This document shows positions 14,812 through 22,488 of a stretch of 32,000 bases of DNA, in pieces; position 1 is the first letter of the stretch; the number at the start of each line of letters is the position of its first letter. The notes under the pieces were generated by a model. It saw only the letters and a list, made by a program, of their open reading frames with translations. It was not told the origin of the DNA and searched no databases. This stretch comes from an uncultured Chloroflexia bacterium (GTDB taxonomy: Bacteria; Chloroflexota; Ktedonobacteria; Ktedonobacterales; JADMIN01): positions 180,001-212,000 of the forward strand of contig CAVRAI010000007.1 in the NCBI GenBank assembly GCA_963718915.1, in the 5' to 3' direction. Both the position numbers and the translations under genes were made by a program.

Positions 14812-14841
14812 TTGCGACAGACTTGCGACACTTTGACGATA
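14812..14841. promoter_or_regulatory. Direct-repeat box TTGCGACA-gac-TTGCGACA-N6-CGATA (candidate response-regulator operator)
   Basis: Two perfect 8-mers at 14812-14819 and 14823-14830 have an 11-bp period. The box lies in the divergent intergenic region between the response regulator (start 14715, minus strand) and the NUDIX gene (start 14947, plus strand). The same architecture recurs at 15884-15913. Confidence 0.5.
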
Positions 14842-14885
14842 GCCCGGTGACAGCGCCGTCATACGTTGCATATACCAGTGTCGAT

Positions 14886-14923
14886 CATCTATGAGGAGTA
14901 ATGTCGTCCATCTATGAGGAGTA
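14886..14923. repeat. Perfect 15-bp direct repeat catctatgaggagta x2, 23-bp period
   Basis: The two copies are at 14886-14900 and 14909-14923, read directly. They lie immediately upstream of the NUDIX start. Confidence 0.9.
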
Positions 14924-14946
14924 GCGCGCCCAATTCAGGAGCCAGC

Positions 14947-15528
14947 ATGATCAACGCACCAGATACATCATCACAGCAACAGATGCCACCGTCTTCAGCC
15001 CAACCAGCGACACATCACGAGTCATCGGCCCCACCCATAGTACCGCTACGCGCCCGGATGAGGCGGATGGCGCTTGGCCGACTTGTGGGGCTTTGGCGGG
15101 TGCTTCCTGGCTGGCTTGCGAAGCTGGCGCTGCGGATGCGGATGACGCGCGTCTCGGTGGGCGTCTGCGCGCTGGCGCAGGATGAGCAGGGACGGCTGCT
15201 GGTGGCGCATCATACCTATCGCAAATATCCCTGGGGTCTGCCCGGCGGCTTGATCGGCAAGGGCGAGCATCCAGAGGCGGCGCTGGTGCGCGAGTTGCGC
15301 GAAGAACTGGGCGTCGAGGCGTCTATCGGCTCGCTGGTGCATGCCGAGACGTGGCCGCCGGGGCAACACCTGACGCTCTATTACACCGCCACCCTGCATG
15401 GCGCGCCGGTCGTCGACGGTATCGAGATCGACGGTTTCCGCTATGTGACTCTGGATGAGGCTCGTCTCTTGCTTGGCCCCGCAGCGGATCGCTGGCTGGC
15501 GGCGCTCTCCGCGCGGCGGGCGTCGTAA
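14947..15528 (+). CDS. NUDIX hydrolase
   Basis: The Nudix box is GGLIGKGEHPEAALVRELREELGV (GX5EX7REUXEEXGU). ATG at 14947 is preceded by CAGGAG at 5-nt spacing. An alternative ATG at 14914 lies inside the direct repeat. Confidence 0.8.
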   Translation: MINAPDTSSQQQMPPSSAQPATHHESSAPPIVPLRARMRRMALGRLVGLWRVLPGWLAKLALRMRMTRVSVGVCALAQDEQGRLLVAHHTYRKYPWGLPGGLIGKGEHPEAALVRELREELGVEASIGSLVHAETWPPGQHLTLYYTATLHGAPVVDGIEIDGFRYVTLDEARLLLGPAADRWLAALSARRAS

Positions 15529-15554
15529 GAGCGTGGACGGTTTTCTCGGCCATA

Positions 15555-15734
15555 ATGAACGTTCACGTATTCCGCCGAACATCATACGTCGTGGTGTGCG
15601 AGGCAGACCGTAGCATACGCATCAATGCTACGGCGAATTTCCCGCATCCCCAGCCCATTCGCCGTAGCGTTCACGCTACAGCTTGCCTCCCCCGCCACGG
15701 CGCGCGGTGTTCGGAGGAATACGTGAACGTTCAT
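15555..15734. mobile_element. Copy B of the nested-palindrome repeat: MITE-like, 27-bp terminal inverted repeats, no coding capacity
   Basis: Left end ATGAACGTTCACGTATTCCGCCGAACA (15555-15581) matches the reverse complement of 15708-15734 (ATGAACGTTCACGTATTCCTCCGAACA) at 26 of 27 positions. The arms remain about 80% complementary over 50 nt. The internal core is shared with copy A. Confidence 0.7.
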
Positions 15735-15883
15735 ACTGGACGGTACTATCCCCTATAACCTCCTAAAAAAAAGAGAACGACATCAGGCCAGTAACGCCTC
15801 TACGAAAGAACGCGTCACCGATCCTATCTGGAACCCCTCCTCACCATCCCTCCATTCCGATGCGCTTCACTTTCACCGATTGA

Positions 15884-15913
15884 CTGCGACAAAGTTGCGA
15901 CAGGTGCGCGATA
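15884..15913. promoter_or_regulatory. Direct-repeat box CTGCGACA-aag-TTGCGACA-N6-CGATA (candidate response-regulator operator upstream of the ABC operon)
   Basis: It has the same 11-bp period, orientation and CGATA tail as the box at 14812-14841. It lies about 145 bp upstream of the ABC ATPase region. Confidence 0.5.
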
Positions 15914-16050
15914 CGGTCAAGACAACTGCGCGTTACCATGAAGGTGAGCGAGGAAGAACCCACGCATCACTCGCACGACGCGAATAGTGTCAAATCATTT
16001 CACACTATGACATCACTGGAAAGGGCATGACTCCATGGTTAATACCATGA

Positions 16051-17010
16051 GCGCAACAACTCCACGGGCGACAGGCGCGCAGCGGCGACGTCGCGATCCG
16101 CACGCACGGCCTGACCAAGCAGTATGGCGAGCGGCTGGCCGTCAACACACTCAATCTTGAGGTCTATCGCGGCGACATCTTCGGCTTCCTGGGGCCGAAT
16201 GGCGCGGGCAAGACCACCACCATCCGCATGATGCTCCACCTGATAACGCCGACCAGCGGCAGCGTCGAGGTCCTCGGCCACGATATTGCCACCGCTAGCG
16301 CGGAGGTTCTGCCCCGGGTGGGCGCGCTGGTCGAGACTCCGGCGCTCTACCTCTATATGTCCGGGCGCGACAACCTGCGCGCGGTCGGTTCGGTGCTGGG
16401 CGGCGTGCCAGAGTCGCGCATTGACGAGGTGCTGGAGCTGGTACGGCTGAAGGGTCGCGAGCGGGATAAGGTCAAGACCTACTCGCTGGGCATGAAGCAG
16501 CGCCTCGGCGTGGCGATGGCCCTGCTGCAAGACCCCGACCTGCTGGTGTTGGACGAGCCAGCCAACGGACTCGATCCGGCGGGCATCGTCGAGATGCGCG
16601 ACCTGCTGCGGACGCTATCCGCCGCGGGCAAGACCATCTTCATCTCCAGCCACGTGCTTACAGAGGTGCGCCAGATATGCACGCGCGTCGCCATCCTCGA
16701 TCAGGGCAGGCTCGTGACCGAGACGACGATTGAGGAGCTGGTCAAAGGACATGGCGAGTTTGCGGTGCAGCTGGAACCCGCCCACACACGCGAGGCGCTG
16801 GCGCTCGTGCGCGCGCAGCCGTGGGGACACGACGCCCGGATGGATGAGCAGGGCGTGCTGATTACCGCCGCGCCAGATGGCCACGGACGCGACCTCAATC
16901 TCTTTCTGGTTCACGCTGGCTTCGCGCCAGAAGCGATTGCCCCGCAGGCGCAAGACCTGGAGCAAATCTTCCTGCGCCTGACCAACTCCAATTCAGGAGA
17001 TGCGCAATGA
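16051..17010 (+). CDS. ABC transporter ATP-binding protein (start unresolved; possible frameshift)
   Basis: Walker A is GPNGAGKTT (about 16192-16218), the signature is YSLGMKQRLG and Walker B is LLVLDEP. The homologous N-terminus VAIRTHGLTKQYGERLAVNTLNLEVYRGDIFGFLGPNGAGKTT lies upstream of the first in-frame ATG, GTG or TTG (16228). The frame opens at 16051, right after a TGA. Confidence 0.8.
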   Translation, partial: AQQLHGRQARSGDVAIRTHGLTKQYGERLAVNTLNLEVYRGDIFGFLGPNGAGKTTTIRMMLHLITPTSGSVEVLGHDIATASAEVLPRVGALVETPALYLYMSGRDNLRAVGSVLGGVPESRIDEVLELVRLKGRERDKVKTYSLGMKQRLGVAMALLQDPDLLVLDEPANGLDPAGIVEMRDLLRTLSAAGKTIFISSHVLTEVRQICTRVAILDQGRLVTETTIEELVKGHGEFAVQLEPAHTREALALVRAQPWGHDARMDEQGVLITAAPDGHGRDLNLFLVHAGFAPEAIAPQAQDLEQIFLRLTNSNSGDAQ

Positions 17011-17936
17011 GTACCGCTGTTACCGTTACCCCGCCCGCGCCCACTGCGACGCGGTTGCATAGCGCACGGCCCAGTTTTGTCGGCATCGTGCGTGGCGAAC
17101 TCTTCAAAGTCTCACGGCAAATCAGCACCTGGGTGCTCGTCGTGCTCTACCTTGGCGCCATCTGCCTGCCCTATCTCGTGCTGCTGTCAAGTGGCCGCAC
17201 AAAGACTCAGGTGCGCGACGACCCGATGAGCGCGCTCTACTCCGTCCTTGGCGTGGATATGATGGTGCTCAAGGTCTTTGGCGGCGCCCTCATCATCGTC
17301 GTGACGGCGCGCCTCATCGGCATGGAGTACACTGGCGGAACGATCCGCGTGCTGCTCTCACGCGGCGTCGGGCGGCTGCAACTACTCTTCGGTAAGCTGA
17401 CCTCGCTGGCCCTCATCGCGCTGGGCATTGTCGTCGTGACGCTGCTGCTCGACCTGTTGCTGACGGTGGTTCTGCTATTGGCCACGGTCGGCAATCTGGA
17501 CATCTTCAAATCCGCGGCCAGCAGCTACTGGTCAGACGCCTGGACGTATCTGCTGCTGGCGCTGGTGAGCCTCGGCGTCACCATCCTCATGGCGACGGCG
17601 GTGACGGTGGTCGGACGCTCGCTGGCCTTCGGAGTTGCTATTTCGTTGCTGTGGTATCCCGCCGAGAACATCTCCGTATTGTTCCTGTTCCTGGGCTACC
17701 GGCTGACGGAGAGTGACTTCTGGCGACTGATCTCCGGCGATTTCCTGGGGTTGAACCTCAACGCGATGGCGGCAGCCATTCTGCCACCACGGGCCGCGCA
17801 AGCAGCGGAGATCAACTTCCAGACGCCGCTGGTTCCGGTGGATGGCGGCCACACACTGCTGGTGACGGCGCTCTTCGCCATCGTCTTCGCGGCAGTCGCG
17901 ATTGTGCTGACCGCCCGGCGCGATGTGAAGGAATAG
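17007..17936 (+). CDS. ABC-2 type transporter permease (paralog 1)
   Basis: The start overlaps the ATPase stop in an ATGA arrangement. The protein is a six-TM hydrophobic protein, and the N-terminal RGELFKVSRQ motif is typical of ABC-2 permeases. Confidence 0.8.
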   Translation: MSTAVTVTPPAPTATRLHSARPSFVGIVRGELFKVSRQISTWVLVVLYLGAICLPYLVLLSSGRTKTQVRDDPMSALYSVLGVDMMVLKVFGGALIIVVTARLIGMEYTGGTIRVLLSRGVGRLQLLFGKLTSLALIALGIVVVTLLLDLLLTVVLLLATVGNLDIFKSAASSYWSDAWTYLLLALVSLGVTILMATAVTVVGRSLAFGVAISLLWYPAENISVLFLFLGYRLTESDFWRLISGDFLGLNLNAMAAAILPPRAAQAAEINFQTPLVPVDGGHTLLVTALFAIVFAAVAIVLTARRDVKE

Positions 17937-18023
17937 CCAGGCTGACCTCACCTTCAACCCCCTCTCCCACAAGGCGAGGGGGTTGCTATGCCATATCACG
18001 TTTTCTTAGTCTCAGGAGGTTCG

Positions 18024-18950
18024 ATGAGCGCCTTGGTTTCCGCTTCCACGTCGGCGTCAACCGCGACGCGGCACGATACCGCGCGGCCCAGCTTTGCGGG
18101 CATCGTGCGCGGTGAGCTTTTCAAAGTCTCGCGCCAGCTCAGCACTTGGGTGCTTGGTGTGTTGCTGCTAGGGGCCATCTGCCTGCCCTACCTCGTCGAA
18201 CTGTCAAGCAACTTCAAGGAAGGTATGCAGCAGAGTCCCACCTGGGCGATCTATAAAACACTTGGCACGGATATGTTGGTGCTCAAGGTCTTTGGTGGCG
18301 CCTTCATGATTATCGTCACGGCACGGCTGATTGGCATGGAGTACTCCGGCGGGACGATTCGCGTGCTGCTCGGACGTGGCGTTGGGCGGCTGCAGTTGCT
18401 CTTTGGCAAGCTGACCGCGCTGACGCTCATCGCGCTGGGTGTCGTGATCGTGACGCTTGCGGTCGATCTGCTGCTGGCGGTAGTTCTCTCGCTCCTCGCC
18501 GCTGGCAATATGGATCTGTTTAAATCGGCGACGAGCGCGTTCTGGTCCGACGCCGGGACATATCTCTTGCTGGCGTTGCTCAGCCTGGGCGTCACCATCC
18601 TGATGGCGACGGCAGTGACGGTCGTCGGACGCTCGCTGGTTATCGGCCTGAGTGTGGGGATGCTCTGGTATCCCGCCGAGAACTTCTCGACCATCTTTCT
18701 GATACTGGGCCAGCGACTGACCAAAACCGACTTCTGGTACCTGCTCTCCGGCAATTTCCTGGGCCTCAATCTTAATGCGATGCCAGCGGTTATCCTGCCA
18801 GAGCGGGCAATACCAGCGACAAACTTCAGCTTCCGCACCCCGCTGGTGCCGGTGGATGGCGGGCATACTCTGCTGGTGGTGGCGCTCTTCGCGGCGGTAT
18901 TTGCCGTCGTTGCCATTGTGCTGACTGCCAGGAGAGATGTGAAGGAATAG
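18024..18950 (+). CDS. ABC-2 type transporter permease (paralog 2)
   Basis: ATG at 18024 is preceded by AGGAGG (18014-18019). By eye it is roughly three-quarters identical to paralog 1 along its full length, and both end in the identical IVLTARRDVKE. Confidence 0.8.
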   Translation: MSALVSASTSASTATRHDTARPSFAGIVRGELFKVSRQLSTWVLGVLLLGAICLPYLVELSSNFKEGMQQSPTWAIYKTLGTDMLVLKVFGGAFMIIVTARLIGMEYSGGTIRVLLGRGVGRLQLLFGKLTALTLIALGVVIVTLAVDLLLAVVLSLLAAGNMDLFKSATSAFWSDAGTYLLLALLSLGVTILMATAVTVVGRSLVIGLSVGMLWYPAENFSTIFLILGQRLTKTDFWYLLSGNFLGLNLNAMPAVILPERAIPATNFSFRTPLVPVDGGHTLLVVALFAAVFAVVAIVLTARRDVKE

Positions 18951-18961
18951 GTCCGCATAAA

Positions 18962-19005
18962 ACACCAATGCCCGACCACGATTACTGGTGGCCGGGCATT
19001 GGTGT
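18962..19005 (-). terminator. Intrinsic terminator (18-bp stem) between convergent genes
   Basis: ACACCAATGCCCGACCAC (18962-18979) pairs with GTGGCCGGGCATTGGTGT (18988-19005) with one mismatch and an 8-nt loop. On the minus strand it is followed by TTTTAT, so it fits termination of the FTR1 gene and may act in both directions. Confidence 0.7.
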
Positions 19006-19035
19006 AGGTGTTGCGCGTCTATGCAACCAGTTCGC

Positions 19036-19890
19036 TTACTGGGCGGTGCTCGAAACGGGCGTTGGCGCGCCGCTGGCAGGCTGCGCGATAGGCGCGTGTT
19101 TGCGTGTCTCGCGCCAGAAGAGGCCGCCCGCGACTACCAGATAGAGGGTGTAGGCGATGGCCTGGAGTACCGTCGGATTATCGCTATAGCCCAGCAGGCC
19201 GTGCAGCAACCCGCCAACCGTGCTCTCGTCGCTCAGGACCGCCCGCAGATCCCAGAGATGCGCCGTACCGAACGGCAGCCAGCCCAGCGTCTGCATCTGG
19301 CCGACGGCGCTGCCCAGCAGACCCGCCGCGAAGAAGATCAGCACAATGCCCATCACACGGAAGAAGATGCGGAAGTCGAGCCGATAGCCGAGGCGATAGA
19401 TGAGTACGCAGAGACCGATAGCCGCCAGCAGTCCCAGCAGCGCACCCAGCACGACGAGCACCGCGTCGCCCTGGAAGGCGGTGGCCAGCGTGAAGACCGC
19501 CGTCTCCACGGCCTCGCGGCCTACGGTGGTGAAGGCGAGCAGGCCAAGCGCCAGCCCAGACCCCGCCGCGCTCGCCTTCTGGGTGATCTCGCTTTTCAGG
19601 GTACGGCTGTGGCGTTGCATCCAGAATGTCACCGAGGTCAACAGGACAACCGCGACCAGGAACGTGATGGCCTCGAAGACCGCCGCGAAGGTCGTGTCCT
19701 CATATTCGTGGATGGTCGCGTAGACCACGATCCCACCGCCAAGCGCCGCCACAATCGCCAGCGCCGCGCCAGCCCACACCGCGCGCATCTGCGACGTCTG
19801 TCCCATCTGGCGAAGCGCCGCCAGCAACATGCCAATCACCAGAGCGGCTTCCAGGCCCTCGCGCAGGAATAGCACAAACGTTGTGACCAC
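19036..19890 (-). CDS. FTR1/EfeU-family high-affinity iron permease
   Basis: The N-terminal REGLEAAL (REGLE) motif is present, with a second related RE..E motif (GREAVETAV) and seven hydrophobic helices. The start codon is GTG at 19890. Confidence 0.8.
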   Translation of the reverse strand: MVTTFVLFLREGLEAALVIGMLLAALRQMGQTSQMRAVWAGAALAIVAALGGGIVVYATIHEYEDTTFAAVFEAITFLVAVVLLTSVTFWMQRHSRTLKSEITQKASAAGSGLALGLLAFTTVGREAVETAVFTLATAFQGDAVLVVLGALLGLLAAIGLCVLIYRLGYRLDFRIFFRVMGIVLIFFAAGLLGSAVGQMQTLGWLPFGTAHLWDLRAVLSDESTVGGLLHGLLGYSDNPTVLQAIAYTLYLVVAGGLFWRETRKHAPIAQPASGAPTPVSSTAQ

Positions 19891-19922
19891 GCTACACTCT
19901 TTTCTAAGGCTTGCTGTCCATC

Positions 19923-19949
19923 GCTGTATCGGCTGTATCGGCTGTATCG
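19923..19949. repeat. Perfect 9-bp tandem repeat gctgtatcg x3
   Basis: Read directly from the sequence. It lies 33-59 bp upstream of the FTR1 start, in the FTR1/panB divergent region. Confidence 0.9.
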
Positions 19950-20207
19950 CATGAATGCGCCATGCATCCGCGTGTCTCGGAGAAAGCGCTGGGCTAAATC
20001 AGAGTTATCTACTCGGATATTAGCATGGCCTAACAAGACGAGTCAACTAATGACCCGGTCGTGACCCATATGTGAGCGAAACGCGGGAGTGAAATTGGCG
20101 GCAATTCGCCTGCGCATAGCCGCTTGTTGTGGGATACAATCAGGGTGCGCTGGCGTCATCACAGGGGACATTCACCAGGCAGGTAGCAAACAATTGGAGG
20201 GATTTCC

Positions 20208-21152
20208 ATGTCGCGCGTCACACCCGATCAACTTCGCGAGATGAAGACACGTGGTGAGCGCATCGCCATGTTGACGGCTTACGACTATCCCACCGCGCAG
20301 ATTCTGGATGCCGCCGGGCTGCACATCCTGCTGGTCGGCGACAGCATGGGCATGGTGGTGCTCGGCCATCCGACGACGCTCCCCGTCACGATAGATGACA
20401 TCATTCGCCACACGCAGGCGGTCGTGCGCGGGACCGAACATGCGCTCATCGTGGGCGATCTCCCGTTCGGCTCATTTCAGGTCTCGACTGAAGAGACGAT
20501 GCGCGCGGCTATCCGCATTATGAAAGAAGCCGCGCCACAGGCCGTCAAACTGGAGGGCGGCCGCCGTGTGGCCGCGAGCGTGCGGGCGCTGACCGAGGCG
20601 GGCATCCCCGTCATGGGCCATGTTGGCCTCACGCCGCAGTCGGTCAATGTCACCGGCGGCTTCAAGGTGCAGGGCAAGACCGAGCGGGCGGCGCGGCTCT
20701 TGCTGGACGATGTGGCGGCGCTGGAAGAGGCGGGGGCGTTCGCCGTCGTGCTGGAGCTGGTTCCAGCGGAGCTGGCGCGGCTGGTGACGGAGCGTACCAG
20801 TATTCCTACCATCGGTATCGGCGCTGGCCCGTATTGCGATGGTGAGGTGCAGGTGGTGCACGATATCATGGGGCTTTTCCCGGATTTCACGCCACGCCAC
20901 ACCCGGCGTTTCGCGGAGTTGGGCGCGGCCATGCGCGAGGCGGCGCAGGCATACGTCGCCGAGGTGCGCGAGCGCACATTCCCAGCGGCGGCACAGAGCG
21001 CCAAGATGAATGCAGAGGTCATCGCCGCGCTGCGTGCCGAGGATGCTCAGGCCACCGCGCCCGACGCCCCCAGCCAGGAGGAGCCGCCCGCCGATGGTCA
21101 GGCTGAGAGTCAAGCCGATGGCTACGCGCCACCAAAGCCCACCAGAAAATAG
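20208..21152 (+). CDS. panB: 3-methyl-2-oxobutanoate hydroxymethyltransferase (ketopantoate hydroxymethyltransferase)
   Basis: PanB motifs are present: MLTAYDYPTAQILDAAG...LLVGDSMGMVVLGH...VGDLPFGS...VKLEGG...GHVGLTPQS. ATG at 20208 is preceded by GGAGGG. The protein has a ~45-aa acidic, Pro-rich C-terminal tail. Confidence 0.9.
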   Translation: MSRVTPDQLREMKTRGERIAMLTAYDYPTAQILDAAGLHILLVGDSMGMVVLGHPTTLPVTIDDIIRHTQAVVRGTEHALIVGDLPFGSFQVSTEETMRAAIRIMKEAAPQAVKLEGGRRVAASVRALTEAGIPVMGHVGLTPQSVNVTGGFKVQGKTERAARLLLDDVAALEEAGAFAVVLELVPAELARLVTERTSIPTIGIGAGPYCDGEVQVVHDIMGLFPDFTPRHTRRFAELGAAMREAAQAYVAEVRERTFPAAAQSAKMNAEVIAALRAEDAQATAPDAPSQEEPPADGQAESQADGYAPPKPTRK

Positions 21153-21263
21153 GCTTTTCGTCCATTGCAAGCGTGCGCGGGTGACTGTCGCAACGTTCCC
21201 TCGTCACAGTCACCAGAACAGCCAGAACGACGATGTCTGGCGGCCACGGTCAGGGGGATCACT

Positions 21264-22274
21264 TTGCGCTCACTCGTTGGACAGCAACTGGGCGACTATG
21301 TGCTGGAGGCCGAACTCGGCTCAGGCTCGATGGGAGCGGTCTATCGGGCGACCTATCTCCCCAAACGCGCCACCGTGGCGGTCAAGGTGCTGCTCGATGA
21401 GCTTGCCACCGATGTCTCGTTCATTACCCGCTTCATCCGCGAGGCGCGGGTTGTCTCGTCGCTCGATCACCCGAATATCGTGCGTGTCTATGACGCCGGA
21501 CGTCAGGGCGAGCATATCTACTTCGTGATGGAGTATTTTCCCGGCTCGACGGCTGGCCAGCTGCTCAAAGAGCGCCAGCGGCTGCCGCTGGAAACGGTGG
21601 TCGATATTGCCATGCAGACCGCCGATGCACTGGCCTACGCTCACCGCCAGGGGCGGCTCGTGCACCGCGATATCAAACCTGATAATCTGCTGGTGAATGA
21701 GCGTTGCCGTGTCAAGGTGCTGGATTTTGGCCTGGCGCGCATCGAGGGCGCCCGCAGCATCACCGTGGCGGGTACCGTTGTCGGCAGTCTCTATTACGTT
21801 GCGCCAGAACAACTGCTGGGGCACACGCTGGATGGCCGCGCCGATGTCTATGCGCTGGGCATCACGATGTATGAGATGCTCACCGGTCACCGCCCCTATC
21901 GTGGCCAGACACTCACCGAGATGAGTGACGCGATTCTTTCGGGGACGGCGAAGCCGCCGAGTCGGCTGGTAGCCTCGGTGCCGCCGGAACTGGAACAGAT
22001 CATTGGGCGCGCGATGGCGCGTGACCTGGGGTATCGCTATCACGACGCGGACGAGCTGCACCGCGACCTGCGCAACTTCCAGATGCAACTGTCCCATATC
22101 TCGACGGCGCCGCTGCCACTCCCCGCCAAACCGATACCGCCCACCGCGCCGCCACGCCTCTCGACGATGGGGCCGCCACACGCGCAGACGCACAATCCCG
22201 CACATAACCCATTGCGCACATCGTCACCAGACACAGGCTCGCCGCCGATTCGCCGCCAGCGCAACGACTGGTAA
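21264..22274 (+). CDS. Hanks-type Ser/Thr protein kinase, soluble, with a Pro-rich C-terminal tail
   Basis: The kinase motifs are GSGSMGAVY, VAVKVL, HRDIKPDNLL, DFGLAR and YVAPEQ. TTG at 21264 is preceded by AGGGGG at 6-nt spacing. The ORF-track ATG at 21165 adds 33 non-homologous residues. Confidence 0.8.
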   Translation: MRSLVGQQLGDYVLEAELGSGSMGAVYRATYLPKRATVAVKVLLDELATDVSFITRFIREARVVSSLDHPNIVRVYDAGRQGEHIYFVMEYFPGSTAGQLLKERQRLPLETVVDIAMQTADALAYAHRQGRLVHRDIKPDNLLVNERCRVKVLDFGLARIEGARSITVAGTVVGSLYYVAPEQLLGHTLDGRADVYALGITMYEMLTGHRPYRGQTLTEMSDAILSGTAKPPSRLVASVPPELEQIIGRAMARDLGYRYHDADELHRDLRNFQMQLSHISTAPLPLPAKPIPPTAPPRLSTMGPPHAQTHNPAHNPLRTSSPDTGSPPIRRQRNDW

Positions 22275-22488
22275 GCGTGGTACCGAGAGGAAACGCGGCA
22301 AACTGGCCATCGATGCGGCGCCAATGCGCGGCCAACGTAGTGTATACTGAGGGGTGAAGGCTTCGTGCGTGTGGATTGCTGGGCCGTCTTTATCGGCGGG
22401 CGACACGCATGGTGAGGCCACTTGGCATTTTCGTGTACACTCAATTTTTTCAGGAATGCGGCGCAGGCAGCGCGGAGGCAGGATCAGT

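Noticed and set aside
15555-15758. A 67-aa ORF (MNVHVFRRTSYVVVCEADRS...).
   Set aside because: It lies entirely within the palindromic repeat element, and the ATG is simply part of the terminal inverted repeat ATGAACGTTCA. The diverged copy A has no equivalent ORF.
21181-21213. A single reverse-orientation TTGCGACA 8-mer (21186-21193) within an inverted repeat GTGACTG...CAGTCAC upstream of the kinase gene, considered as a third response-regulator box.
   Set aside because: Only one half-site is present, with no partner at 11-bp spacing and no CGATA tail. It is most likely a chance occurrence.
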